14,557 bases of DNA, taken from contig CBFIJD010000001.1 of NCBI GenBank assembly GCA_965662845.1, positions 123,286 to 137,842 on the forward strand. The letters run 5' to 3'. Position numbers and translations under genes: made by a program. Positions 14,384-14,557 of this stretch are shown here, in pieces. The stretch comes from an uncultured bacterium. Its GTDB lineage: Bacteria; SAR324; NAC60-12. Below the pieces are notes generated by a model. The model saw only the letters and a program-made list of their open reading frames with translations, did no database searches and was not told the DNA's origin. Every line of letters starts with the position of its first letter. The first letter of the stretch is position 1.

Positions 14384-14557
14384 TCAAGCGGGCGATGAAG
14401 AGGAGGGCCGGCATCGGGCTCGCAAGAAGCCAATGTGTTGAAATCCTTTGGATTGAAACAGTTGCTCGAATTCCGTGAAGACATTTTGTTCTGCATACGC
14501 GCTGCCCCAAAGATCGTGTGTGTGTTCGGTAATCTCATACGTCGGGTGCGCGCGCAA
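14384..14557 (-). CDS. trmB: C-terminal fragment of probable tRNA (guanine-N7)-methyltransferase TrmB (5' end outside the window)
   Basis: My translation of the minus frame from 14557 gives LRAHPTYEITEHTHDLWGSAYAEQNVFTEFEQLFQSKGFQHIGFLRARCRPSSSSPA* (TGA at 14384-14386). This matches the recalled TrmB C-terminal pattern T-x-DL..S....NV-x-TE(Y/F)E..F..KG..I. Not in the ORF track. Confidence 0.72.
   Translation of the reverse strand: MRAHPTYEITEHTHDLWGSAYAEQNVFTEFEQLFQSKGFQHIGFLRARCRPSSSSPA

Noticed and set aside
14340..14388. Promoter-like elements upstream of msrA (TTGACG; GGAAAC-N16-CATT)
   Set aside because: The good -35 hexamer lacks a convincing -10 at proper spacing, and the ECF-like match is too degenerate to support.
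14347..14538. 63-aa minus-strand ORF
   Set aside because: It overlaps the TrmB-like frame, which has a much better family match.

Overview
A gene-dense bacterial chromosomal window. The gene set and protein styles look deltaproteobacterial-like, but that is an inference. No mobile element, CRISPR array or RNA gene was recognised. The + strand (1-2953) carries the end of a chemotaxis/motility-type run: cheR (5'-truncated), a single-domain receiver, a receiver fused to an RsbW/SpoIIAB-type kinase domain, a stand-alone fliG and a small lipoprotein. The - strand (14557 to 2917) reads trmB (5'-truncated, missed by the ORF track), msrA, dnaG, rpoD, hemB, an EamA/DMT transporter, an orphan NtrB-like PAS histidine kinase, a 731-aa metallo-beta-lactamase-fold protein with two cNMP-binding domains, a MapZ(PA4608)-like single-domain PilZ protein, dcd and a MurU-like nucleotidyltransferase. 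One small + strand gene encoding an anti-TRAP-like zinc-finger protein interrupts the - strand run. The most interesting signals are (i) a candidate cyclic-nucleotide/c-di-GMP motility-control module (MBL-cNMP enzyme plus MapZ-like PilZ, near cheR and the orphan fliG), (ii) the anti-TRAP-like protein in a non-trp, antisense-embedded position, and (iii) the dnaG-rpoD operon extended by stop/start overlaps into hemB-eamA-ntrB. All family assignments rest on motif reading and recalled reference sequences; no searches were run.
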